Below the pieces are notes generated by a model, which made no database searches, was not told the DNA's origin, and was given only the letters and a program-made list of their open reading frames with translations. Of a DNA stretch of 64,000 nt, positions 1-12,239 are shown one piece after another (the stretch's first letter is position 1; each line of letters opens with the position of its first letter). A program made the translations under genes and the position numbers. Origin of the DNA: Eledone cirrhosa (taxonomy: Eukaryota); contig OZ024754.1 of the NCBI GenBank assembly GCA_964016885.1, positions 38,688,001-38,752,000 of the forward strand. Reading direction: 5' to 3'.

Positions 1-59
1 TCTCATCATATATCTTCAATATATTGTTCTAAGCTATATCCACTTGTGATATCTTACTT

Positions 60-982
60 TCCCAACTATATCTATATCTAGTATATGATGCTGACCTTCC
101 ATGCTATATCTGGTATATATTACCAAACTTCCATGTTATATCTATATCTGGTATATATTACCAAACTTCTATGTTATATCTATATCTGGTATATATTACC
201 AAACTTCTATGTTATATCTATATCTGGTATATATTACCAAACTTCCATGTTATATCTATATGTCATATATCTTACCAACCTTCCATGTTATATCTATATC
301 TAGTATATGTTACCAAGCCTCCATGTTATATCTGTATCTGATATATGTTACCAACCCTTCATGCTATATCTTACCAACCTTCCATGCTATATCTATATCT
401 CGTGTATGTTATCAACCTTCCATGCTATATCTGCTATATGATGCTGACCTTCCATGTTATATCTGCTATATGATGCTGACCTTCCATGTTATATCTGCTA
501 TATGATGCTGACCTTCCATGTTATATCTGCTATATGATGCTGACCTTCCATGTTATATCTGCTATATGATGCTGACCTTCCATGCTATATGATGCTGACT
601 TTCCATGTTATATCTGCTATATGATGCTGACCTTCCATGCTATATGATGCTGACTTTCCATGTTATATCTGCTATATGATGCTGACCTTCCATGCTATAT
701 GATGCTGACTTTCCATGCTATATCTGCTATATGATGCTGACCTTCCATGCTATATGATGCTGACTTTCCATGTTATATCTGCTATATGATGCTGACCTTC
801 CATGCTATATGATGCTGACTTTCCATGTTATATCTGCTATATGATGCTGACCTTCCATGCTATATGATGCTGACTTTCCATGTTATATCTGCTATATGAT
901 GCTGACCTTCCATGCTATATGATGCTGACTTTCCATGCTATATCTGCTATATGATGCTGACCTTCCATGCTATATGATGCTA
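60..982. repeat. Intronic minisatellite with 38-bp, then 32-bp, then 55-bp (32+23) higher-order units
   Basis: Units such as tatatctggtatatattaccaaacttccatgt and atctgctatatgatgctgaccttccatgttat repeat with measurable periods of 38, 32 and 55. Confidence 0.9.
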
Positions 983-1101
983 CTCTTCTTATATATACAT
1001 GCATCCTTACAACCCCCCCGCCCCCCCATCCCCCCCCCTTTTTTTTCTTGAATGATGACACTTCTTTATAATTTCAGTTTTTTTGTTCCCCTTCTCTCCA
1101 G

Positions 1102-1376
1102 TCAGCAATCAGTGCCAGCATCTGCAGCACTGCCATTCCTCACTGCCACCACCCAGTCGTCAGAGTATATGGAGCTGCAGGTGGAGTATTGGACCCTGGC
1201 GTCCAAGTCAGAAGCCAGCGATAAAGATCGTATGAACAAGAAAGAATCAAACAAATGTTCACTGAAGACTGCATTCCGCTCCCTTCATGTCTATCGTCTT
1301 CCGCCAGCTCCCAGCGAGATGCCCATCTCTGCTGGTTTCTGTATGGGAGTTGTAACAAAAGAGAAGAAACAAAAAA
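1102..1376 (+). CDS. PACS: PACS (phosphofurin acidic cluster sorting protein 1/2 homolog), third-from-last coding exon
   Basis: Encodes MELQVEYW...KCSLKTAFRSLHVYRLP...VVTKEKKQK, matching the PACS C-terminal region (LQVDYW/TLKxxFRSLQVSRLP/VVTKEKNK). Polypyrimidine+AG at 1100-1101 (alternative AG at 1076-1077) and GTAAGT donor at 1377. Confidence 0.85.
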
Positions 1377-1956
1377 GTAAGTTTTTTTTTTTTAGCCACT
1401 GAACATGAGGGAAGGGAGCATCTTTCATTGTATTTAGCAAGGGTTTTTTGACATGTTCAATTTTATTGATCTGTTTTTTTTGGTGGTGGGGGGGGGGGGG
1501 GGGTAATATTTGTAAAATACATTCAGAAATAAGAAATATATTTGCTAATGTTCACATCAACACTAACCATCATTTCACATCCACTTGTCTCTGTTCTTTT
1601 ATCATCTCCTTTGTGAGGTTGTTAACCATCCAGAGATCCACCATGAAATCTACCCTCACTACCCCCTGTCCACCATGAAATCTACCCTCACTAGCCTTCT
1701 ACCATCTGTCCACCAGAGATCTACCCTCACCACCTGTCCAGTTAGTGAGGTTCACCTTCAGGAGATCTACCCTCACCATCCCTGCCCAGCTATTTCTCTA
1801 TCACACCTTCATTCCACCTGTAACTCCTAGCACTTCTTTATCCAACGACCATCACACACCCGACGCTGTGTGATGGTCGCTTCATATCTTTCCAATAATA
1901 ATAAAAATAATAGTAATGTTGTGTTGATCACGTTAAAAAATGTTCTGTTATTTCAG

Positions 1957-2064
1957 TAATGCGAATTGGGAAGAAGTCCAAAGATCCAGAATCAAAAAGC
2001 CAGGTGATAGATGGTATCAGTCGACTAATTTGTACGTCAAAGAACCACAACTACACACTTAAAG
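1957..2064 (+). CDS. PACS: PACS penultimate coding exon
   Basis: tttcag|, IMRIGKKSKDPESKSQVIDGISRLICTSKNHNYTLK, |gtaaat; phase 1 joins fit both neighbours; ESKSQxIxGISRLIC motif of PACS1/2. Confidence 0.92.
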
Positions 2065-2094
2065 GTAAATAGAAGTGTTCCTTATAACATTTTG

Positions 2095-3846
2095 CTTGTG
2101 ACTGGCAGTATCTTCCAGTCTTCTACATAAACTATCTCTTGTGACTGGCAGTATCTTCCTGTCTTCTACATAAACTATCTCTTGTGACTGGCAGTATCTT
2201 CCTGTCTCCTACATAAACTATCTCTTGTGACTGGCAGTATCTTCCAGTCTCCTACATAAACTATCTCTTGTGACTGGCAGTATCTTCCTGTCTTCTACAT
2301 AAACTATCTCTTGTGACTGGCAGTATCTTCCTGTCTCCTACATAAACTATCTCTTGTGACTGGCAGTATCTTCCAGTCTTCTACATAAACTATCTCTTGT
2401 GACTGGCAGTATCTTCCTGTCTCCTACATAAACTATCTCTTGTGACTGGCAGTATCTTCCTGTCTCCTACATAAACTATCTCTTGTGACTGGCAGTATCT
2501 TCCAGTCTTCTACATAAACTATCTCTTGTGACTGGCAGTATCTTCCTGTCTCCTACATAAACTATCTCTTGTGACTGGCAGTATCTTCCTGTCTCCTACA
2601 TAAACTATCTCTTGTGACTGGCAGTATCTTCCAGTCTTCTACATAAACTATCTCTTGTGACTGGCAGTATCTTCCTGTCTCCTACATAAACTATCTCTTG
2701 TGACTGGCAGTATCTTCCTGTCTTCTACATAAACTATCTCTTGTGACTGGCAGTATCTTCCAGTCTTCTACATAAACTATCTCTTGTGACTGGCAGTATC
2801 TTCCAGTCTCCTACATAAACTATCTCTTGTGACTGGCAGTATCTTCCTGTCTCCTACATAAACTATCTCTTGTGACTGGCAGTATCTTCCAGTCTTCTAC
2901 ATAAACTATCTCTTGTGACTGGCAGTATCTTCCTGTCTCCTACATAAACTATCTCTTGTGACTGGCAGTATCTTCCTGTCTCCTACATAAACTATCTCTT
3001 GTGACTGGCAGTATCTTCCTGTCTCCTACATAAACTATCTCTTGTGACTGGCAGTATCTTCCAGTCTTCTACATAAACTATCTCTTGTGACTGGCAGTAT
3101 CTTCCTGTCTCCTACATAAACTATCTCTTGTGACTGGCAGTATCTTCCAGTCTTCTACATAAACTATCTCTTGTGACTGGCAGTATCTTCCTGTCTCCTA
3201 CATAAACTATCTCTTGTGACTGGCAGTATCTTCCAGTCTTCTACATAAACTATCTCTTGTGACTGGCAGTATCTTCCTGTCTCCTACATAAACTATTTCT
3301 TGTGACTGGCAGTATCTTCCTGTCTCCTACATAAACTATCTCTTGTGACTGGCAGTATCTTCCTGTCTCCTACATAAACTATCTCTTGTGACTGGCAGTA
3401 TCTTCCTGTCTCCTACATAAACTATCTCTTCTGACTGGCAGTATCTTCCTGTCTTCTACATAAACTATCTCTTGTGACTGGCAGTATCTTCCTGTTTCCT
3501 ACATAAACTATCTCTTGTGACTGGCAGTATCTTCCTGTCTCCTACATAAACTATCTCTTGTGACTGGCAGTATCTTCCTGTCTTCTACATAAACTATCTC
3601 TTGTGACTGGCAGTATCTTCCAGTCTTCTACATAAACTATCTCTTGTGACTGGCAGTATCTTCCAGTCTCCTACATAAACTATCTCTTGTGACTGGTAGT
3701 ATCTTCCAGTCTTCTACATAAACTATCTCTTGTGACTGGCAGTATCTTCCAGTCTCCTACATAAACTATCTCTTGTGACTGGCAGTATCTTCCTGTCTCC
3801 TACATAAACTATCTCTTGTGACTGGCAGTATCTTCCAGTCTTCTAT
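2095..3846. repeat. 43-bp minisatellite, about 40 copies, in the last PACS intron
   Basis: Unit gtgactggcagtatcttcc[a/t]gtct[t/c]ctacataaactatctctt repeated head-to-tail. Confidence 0.97.
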
Positions 3847-4293
3847 ATAGATTTGTTCACAGATTAGATGATCACCACATGAAATAATTCTTGCTGGTTA
3901 GTTCCATTGACTAGCTACTATTTTATTTCAGGTGCAGTATATCTTGGACAACATTAGCCAATCTGTTCTTCCTTTATTGTTTATGAGAGATAAGGACAGT
4001 GATTTGGCAGAATGATTGGGGTGTCAGATAAAATTCTTTGTGGTATTTGTTCCTGTTCAAATCCTACCATGGTCCAGTCAAATATTGGGGTGAATATTGC
4101 AGGCCTTATACCTTGATTACAAATCATTGTTGAGGGATATTTAGCTAGTATCTCTAGCATTTATATATGTAGCTTTTATGCAATGTTTACAGCTTATTGA
4201 AGGCATTAAAAATATTTTTAAAGTCTGAATATATTGTGAACTGTAAATTTTTATATATTCATTTTTTTTTCATTTTTTCTTCTTCTTTTTCAG

Positions 4294-4409
4294 TTGTGGT
4301 GGACGGTGTGGAATGGACTGGTGTTAAGTTTTTCCAGCTGTCATCGCAATGGCAAACACACATAAAGAATTTCCCTGTGGTCATTTTCTCTTATCAGGAA
4401 CCTGCTTGA
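4294..4409 (+). CDS. PACS: PACS terminal coding exon
   Basis: Long pyrimidine tract+cag; [38 protein letters not shown], matching the PACS DGVEWxDVKFFQLxxQWxxHVKHFP motif; TGA ends at 4409. Confidence 0.95.
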
Positions 4410-5193
4410 AAGTGTGTGACAGCCGCAGGGCAGGCGTAGGTGTCCTGTCACCAATGAGTGCTGTCTAACTCATCCGACCCACATCCCATAGTCTGCCAAA
4501 TAAAAAAGAAAAAAAACTAAAAGGAATCTCGCAGCTTTATCATTGCTCTAGTGGCCAGAACTAACAATGATTTTCTGTCTGCATGGCTGCTCAGTTGTAA
4601 TATCAGTTGATATCACTTGTTAGTAGTAATTTGGTTGCCAATAACACATTGCTTACCAACACCAACACCAACAACAACAACACCACAAGCAATTCTACAT
4701 CCAGCTGACTGATCTTTCAGCTCTCCACACATACACTCAGCTACACATACATACACACACACATACATACATACATAACACACACATACATACATACATA
4801 ACACACACATACATAACATACATACATAACACATACATTCTTACATATATACATAACACACACCTGGCCTATTAATCTTTAGAAAACGTTTGGATTACAA
4901 GAGAAGTTAGAGAGTGTGGGGCAGGGAAGAAATGCCCAAGCCCTTTCCCACCTGCCAGCATGTCTTGTGTTCGGCCTGGTGGCAAGAGTAGCTGGTTTAT
5001 TCCACTCCTCCTGTTTCCACCATCACCAATATCAAACTATATCTAATGAGAAAGCAGAAGAATCAACTAATTATCTAATCAACTTTAGCTATACTCTCAG
5101 TCCATGATTACTTCTGAAGAAAAGACTGTTTTGTCATCATTTCTTCCCACACCATCTTTAGTAACTGTCAAATGTTTCACTGTTGACGGTCCA

Positions 5194-5226
<33 letters not shown>

Positions 5227-5868
5227 CAACATATATATACATATACAAAACACACACACAACTTACATATATATATATACACAACATACATACACACATA
5301 CAAGATACATATATACATACATCATATATATATATACATATACAACATACACATACATATATATATACACAACATACATATACACGTACATATATAATCC
5401 CACCCTTGCAAGCAAGGAAAAGCAGACGTAAAATTATGATGATATACAACATACTTATGCATATACATATGCACATACATATACAACATACATATGCATA
5501 TACAACATACATATACAACATATATATACAACATGTATATATATATGTATGGCTGTGTATACATTACAGCTGACACAACACAAATACTAAGACACATTTA
5601 ACAAGTATCGAAACTGTATAAGCTTTAAATCAAAGACAAACAGAAACATGTTTGGTTGAAGTTTTCTATATTCTGTAAGATTTGTGCAGCTACTTACAAT
5701 GTGAAACCTCTCCCCCCTTTAACACTGCTATTGGCAACACTATTGGATGTTGTACCAGCTCAATGTCACTCCGTATTTTGCCATCGTTATTTGATGGAAT
5801 TTTTCCTCTTTCCATGAAAAGCCAAAAATAAAACAAAAAAAATTAGAACCCCCTCTCCCTAAAAAACG

Positions 5869-5917
<49 letters not shown>

Positions 5918-6067
5918 ACCCCTCTGATTCTATGGTTGTTCTTTCTGATGCTTGGTAAAAGAATTGTCCTGCCTGTACATGTAATAGAACAGGTGTAATA
6001 ACACTTACAGCATTTTCTTTTATATATATATATATACATACACGCATATATATATATACACGCACGC

Positions 6068-6103
<36 letters not shown>

Positions 6104-6754
6104 GCATATATTTATATATATATATGTGTGTGTGTGTGTGTTTGTCCTACAATGGTGGCGGACACCTGACTTTCAAGGATGCTGAAGTTATTTTGGTAGA
6201 TGGTTTATCAAAGAGTGTGTTCTAGAAAATATCAAATCTAATTGGAGCAAAAATGAGTCTCAATGTGGTGTAAATTTTGTATCCAATGTTGCTGCTAAAT
6301 AGTCTTCTTTTTTTTTTTTTTTGTTCCCCTCCCCCTGTCGAGCTCAATGTGATTGGTTTTTGACATGCTTGCTCTTTATTTAGCACAAGACAGGCAAGCT
6401 CTTGAATTCTTCCAAGTTAAAGAAAAGAAAAAAAACGTTGGGGTTAGAGAACTCCTGTATGTGTCCAGTTTTCCTGTCTTCTTATTTCAACTTTCTTCAT
6501 TCTCTGAAGAAATTAAACTTTTTGTTGTTTGTTTGTTGTTTTTTTTTTCGTTTTGTTTTTCTTGTTCCAGATGAAACTTCAAATAAAAGTCGTCAATCAA
6601 CAGATGTAATCCAGATGTAATCCAGATGAATAAATTGATATTTTTCATAGAATCTTCCCTTCTTTTTCTTTTCTATTCATCTGTCAATAATATTATACAT
6701 GTGCATGTCTATGTATATATAGATGTGTGTGTGTGGTAATATATGAAAAGAGGC

Positions 6755-6950
6755 ATTCATCATCGTTTTTACATCCGCTTTTCCACACTTGCATGGGCTG
6801 GATGGGTCCTTCTCAGCATGGCATCTCTCCACTTGTCGTGTTCGTTCATCATCTCCTCTGTCAGTCTTAGCAATTTGAGGTTAGCTCTCACAACTTCTGC
6901 CCTTGGTCATCCTCTACTGTGGCTTCCTTCCACTGGCATTTCTTCACATG
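6755..6950 (-). mobile_element. RTE-type LINE 3' fragment
   Basis: Minus strand ...EMPVEGSHSRG... with (ATG)n tail; same family as 43912-44120 and 58670-59335. Confidence 0.7.
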
Positions 6951-9204
6951 TATATATAAACCTAGTTGTTGTGACTTGAGTGTGATTTTGAATTACGAAA
7001 GAAGGAACCTTTGATATGTAAAAATAGAAATAATTTTGGATATTGTGTTTATGTAAAGAAGTAAGTAATGTTTTCTTTGCTGTGTATAATAGGAAACTAA
7101 ACCTTCTCCCTTTATACATACATTTAATTAGATATGTCAATAACTCTCACATCTTGCATATTGTGTTCTATATACATACATTCTAAGAAATATAACGAAC
7201 TTCTGTATACACACATACAGATATTCTCTCTTATTCTGTAGATCAACCATCTTTCGTTATTGAATTGAACCGTTATGTTGAAAAATATTATTTTAAATAC
7301 ATTCTAAACTTTGTCAACACTGGAAGATATTCTTGAGACAAAAATACATTTTACTCTCTTCTCTATACAGGAAGAAGTGTTTCCCTTTTAGAGACATACA
7401 TATTAACCTATATAAACGTTCTTCACTGGACATATACCTTCTTCCAATAAAAATAATAAACCTTCTTCTCTATACAGGAAAATAACTTTCTTTTTTTCTT
7501 CTAAGAAACAAAACCTCTATAAACAACTACATTTTTATTTTCTTCTCTATTTCTTTCACACCCAACGAAGCATGGCAGCTTCATTTCTCGCACACATCTC
7601 TTGTACATAGAGCTTTATTTTATGTTGAACAGTTTTACTGAAACATTTTATGTCTATTTCCCTCCATAATGTCAGCAATAATTATTTAAACGATAGTTTT
7701 GTTTAGTTACTGCCAGACCTCTGCAGTCAGTCATTGGAGTACCACAGGTGTCACACTAGACATGGCATTGGTACAGCCAGTCGATGGGGTGTCACCACTT
7801 CTTTTTATTTTCTATCATTTGTAGAAGGGTCTCTGATGTGTAGCAACCTTCTCAAGGACTTGTGCTCGAATGACTGGATTCTTTGTTCTGATAGAGTTTC
7901 TTTTCCAAAAGACATTCAGAAGTGTCCATTGTGAGTCTTGGCAGTATCTCGTTTGGTCCTAGCTACTTGAAGGTGTCCACCACTCTTCAACGTGATATTG
8001 GTTGCTATATTCTGGTTATTAACATTAACCAGAATCGTTTGAGATCTGTCGTCTTTGGTCAGGGTAAATATTACACCCGTCACGCTTTGGACATGAAATT
8101 TAAATTTTGAACGAATTTTTTTAGTTTAGATATCATCGTCAAAGGTTAACTAAATCGATATTGCTTTAACCTACGTAATCGATATCGCTTTAACTGTTAA
8201 CCTACGTAACATAGAACCAGCACGGCCTCCATTCATCCGCTCTCCTCTTTGATGTCATCTAATGCAACATGACCTCAGACAAGTTGGTTTGCCCAGCACC
8301 ATCTGGCATGTTTTCACTCGATTTCCCAACCCCTCAGCCTCATGTTCGTTGGGTTGCTACATCCTGCATGGCAATCATGTACCCAAAGTATATAGAGTAA
8401 AAGACAAAATTGGAAGAATTTTATGAAGTTTTAACATTTTTTATTGACAACGTATGTAAAGTTTTTCTTATTTAATTTCTTTTTTTTACAAAGTCATCTG
8501 CTGTTTTGATTGGGGAAGTTTCCGGAACTGTCTGTTAATAAAAAGTTTACATACTAGATACGAATTATTTTCAGTTTATTCTCAGTTGTGTGTAAATGGC
8601 TTTTAATCGAGTTCCTCTCTTCGAAAGAAAGAAGCATTTTCTACGAACCTACCTTATATATTCTATAAAGAGAGATAACTCTTTTAAAATAATAAAGAGT
8701 TGTGTCCCTTGAACAGTAGAGATTAAGTGTTGAAAAGTGGTGAGGAATCTAAATAAAGATGGGACTGCGTCTAGAATATGGGTTTTTTTATCCCGTTTGT
8801 AAAATAAGTTGGATTACTTTGAATAAATAATGAATGAATATAATTTATCTACTAAATTTCGTAGCTGTTGATTAAATATTTTATTCCTTATTAAAGATTC
8901 ACTTTTTTTAAATGTTCAAATGTCAACACTTCCGGTTAGCGATCGCTTAAATAAACATATTTCCGTCACTAATTTTCTCCTAATGTAGTTTATATATAAT
9001 ATCGTCTTGTTTTAATGTATCATGGATTACGTTACTGATTACATAAGACAATGTAACGCAGTCTGCGTTCAATTTCTGTGTATATTGTCAATTATGATTT
9101 TATTTGATGTATCATATCTACATGTATATATACTTGCGTATATCAATATGCACACTACACATACTAGCAGAAAACCACCCAAAGGGTGGTTTTTCTGCTA
9201 GTGT

Positions 9205-10380
9205 AGCATAAGGAGATGAGAGTGGAGAATTTGGGCCCTCTCGTTTATGGTGTTTAACCAGAGTTCAGTGTCTAATACTGGTAGTCTATTGTTAGGGTGT
9301 TTGAAGGGTAGTCAATAGTTACTGTTGTGCTCTGGTGTTTGGAGTTAGCTATCTGCTGGATGCTCTCCATTGTGTTATTTTCTAGTTCAGGTTTATTGGT
9401 ACTCTCTTGTGGGGGTGTCTTTATTACTATATTGATATCGTCTACGTAACGAGACTATATGATGAGGTTCTATGGAGTTCTCTGAGTCTCCTTTCCCACC
9501 ATACCATAAATAGGTTGGCAACATCACCAGCTATGCTAACGCCAATGGCTGCTCCCTCATTCTAGATGTAGATTTTCTCATTAAATTTAAACAAGTGGCC
9601 TTTAGGATAGTTTTAATACTCGCCCCTACTGCATGTGCGACCATTTTTCTTACCTGATCGTTGTTCTTGGGTGTCCGTATGGCTTTGGTCCATCCTTTCC
9701 ATCTTCTTATAGGAGTCTTTTTAGTAATTGAAGTTATGGTGGGGTTCTACCTCTTATTGGCCTACTGGGGCAGAAACTGCTAAGGTCATAATTATTTAAG
9801 TATTCATTGTCATATGTAAGTCTAAGTAGGAGGCCCAGTTCATCTGCGTCAATGTCGCAGAACTCTACTTCACTCTCACTGATTATTTCCACACGTTTCC
9901 ACAGCAAAATCAATGTCAATGGATGGGTACAGGGATACTGCATCCATACTGCTTATTATGCAGTTTAAGTTTTCGTTGTTGCATTCATTGATTCTACTGA
10001 GGTGTTCTTCTGTGCTGTCACATATTAATTATGGGGCGTATAATCATAGAGAGGAAGTAGGAGATCCTGTAGTTACTGGCAATATTGGCTCCGCATACAA
10101 GTCTTGTTAGTGGTCTTGTCATAGGGTCGTTAGTTGTTTTATGGTCTTTGCAGAGTTCATACAAGGGTAGTATGTCATTGTTAGAGGCTTGGAAATTATT
10201 GGCTGTGCGACTACTTCGTTTTAGGATGTTGTTCCACATCATCATGTGAACATTGAGGATCTTTTCTCTTTCCTCGTGGAAAGATTTTACAAGCAAGACA
10301 AATCGGTAGGAGACCCAGGGGTAGACCCTGGATGTTTTAAAAATCTTATTCTGTCTAAATATCATTTTGTTAATATATTA
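9205..10380 (-). mobile_element. Penelope-like element reverse transcriptase pseudogene fragment
   Basis: Minus strand, with frameshifts and stops: LPLYELCKDHK..TRLVCGA, SMDAVSLYPSID (motif A), FKFNEKIYI*NEGAAIGVSIAGDVANLFMVWWE (motif B'), RYVDDI (9437-9448). Confidence 0.85.
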
Positions 10381-10384
10381 CGGC

Positions 10385-10950
10385 CTGCCTTAGCTGAGTC
10401 CCCCCTGCCTACCCGCTGGCCTACCTGTCGTATGGAGCCCTGAGCATGCTCCTTGCTGCTGACACGGTCATACCTTCAGCTACTGGGTTTCAACGGGGCG
10501 ACTCTATGGGCTCCCTCCTCTTTGCCCTTGGTATAGACCACATAGCTTCGAGCATCACGGCCCCTCTCAAAGTTTGGTACCTGGAGGATGTTACGTTGGG
10601 TGGGCCCGTGGAGACTGTCTGCTACGACCTGCAATATCGAGAATCAGCCTCGATGTCAACTCGCCCAAGTCAGAGGTGGTGAATGTCAACCTCGATGGGG
10701 AGGGCTTAGCAGCCTCCGTCTTGGATATCTGATCCATTCTCCTCAAGGTACAGGTGATCTCTAAAGAGGAGGTCCTGATCCTCTCGCCGGCCATCCGACG
10801 GGACGGCAAAAGACCAAACACCATGACCATCTTCCCGTTCCACGGTGGTAAACATCTCGTCTGGGATGCCACAGACAGCGACACATTCTCCAATGGCAAC
10901 CTGGTGCAGTCTGCGACTAACCCAGACTCTGCTGCACTTCAGGCTGATTG
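10385..10950 (+). mobile_element. CRE-clade-like non-LTR retrotransposon fragment (RT core fused by deletion to restriction-like endonuclease)
   Basis: SATGFQRGDSMGSLLFALGI..KVWYLEDVTLGG (QQGDPLGPLLF/WYLDD-like), then RRDGKRPNTMTIFPFHGGKHLVWDAT (RLE RPDG..WDAT-like). Confidence 0.75.
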
Positions 10951-11424
10951 AAAAATTATATGCACATGCGTACTGGTGTTTAATTTTTTGCGCATGCGCG
11001 ATTGTTGTAAATATTTCAGAAAAAAAAATGGCTGCTTAAATTTTAGACGTATTTTCCAATCTGTAGAAAAAATAAACGTTAAAAACTTGGATTTTTACCA
11101 TTTTTACGAAGGTAAAGTAAAGCTTTTTTTATGTTGAAGTCTTTTATTGAAATATTGCATATTTATTTCCCTCCATAATGTCTCCAATAACTAATTAAAC
11201 GATAGTTTTGTTTAGCTATTGCTACCCCTCCTTACGTATTTAAATATACAGAACGACCACAAAAACACTTGATTTGAAATACTTATAATATGTCAACTTA
11301 AATGAATATTCTTACAATATTGGTGGCTATTGTTGCATAAACTAACAAAGTTTCATGTGGTATTGTTTGATATCATAGACACTCAATGCCTGCCCCTTTT
11401 GTTGATCGGCAAAAATCAATGCAA

Positions 11425-11560
11425 TAATTGTTTCTACTCTTGGCACAAAGCCAGCATTTATTCCAGTACATTACTGGTACTTTATTTTATCGACCCCGTA
11501 AGGATGAAAGGCAAAGTTAACCTCGGCGGGATTTGAACTCCGGACTCTTTACAGAGAGTG
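11425..11560 (-). mobile_element. tRNA-derived SINE family A (Nin/Deu-domain-like), partial
   Basis: ttttatcgaccccgtaaggatgaaaggcaaagttaacctcggcgggatttgaactc; near-identical copies at ~27190-27375, 36015-36325, 37930-38120, 38251-38440, 40183-40495, 62215-62487. Confidence 0.8.
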
Positions 11561-11574
11561 TTTTTGTAGTTACC

Positions 11575-11616
<42 letters not shown>

Positions 11617-12239
11617 GGGATGTCCCAGAAAAATGTATACACACTTTGATTACCTGTACAGGCAATATTTATTAGAATGTACCGCATTTCCCAAAAATAC
11701 AATCTACAGACATAATTCAATTGTATGTCTTTCTCTGATCGATCAACAATATCCCAGACTTCATTCGCTTGCCGAGTTGGGTGGAGCTCGTCAAATCGTA
11801 CCGAGGAAACAATGTTTCCATTGGTGTTTCTATTGTTGATACTATCTACCAGTCGCAATTCCTGTGTATATTATAGTACAGTTTATATATACATTATAAT
11901 AGAGTGTATATATATATAAACATTATAACACAGTATATATATTTATATATATTATCCCTCGCTCTGATCAATCGATGGTCCCAGACTTCGTTCGCTTGCC
12001 GAGTTGGATGGAGCTCGTCAAAACAGACCGAGGAAACAATGTTTCCATTGCTGATACTATTAACATCTACAAGTTGCAACTCCAGGTAGAAGGAACAACG
12101 TGAAATAAAGTCTTGTTCAAGGACATAACGCATCACCCGGTCCAAAAATTGAACTCACAACCTCAGTCATGCGCTTTCACAATTGTATGTAAACACTCAA
12201 AAATGTTTACATAATTTAAATAATTGTTTCTACTATAGG

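Noticed and set aside
1846-1879. 13-bp inverted repeat in a PACS intron (also 62676-62747)
   Set aside because: Short isolated hairpins with no recognisable ncRNA or ribozyme core
2095-3846. CRISPR-like regular arrays (also 42725-43320 and 57710-58465)
   Set aside because: Head-to-tail tandem units without unique spacers, no cas genes, eukaryotic intronic context
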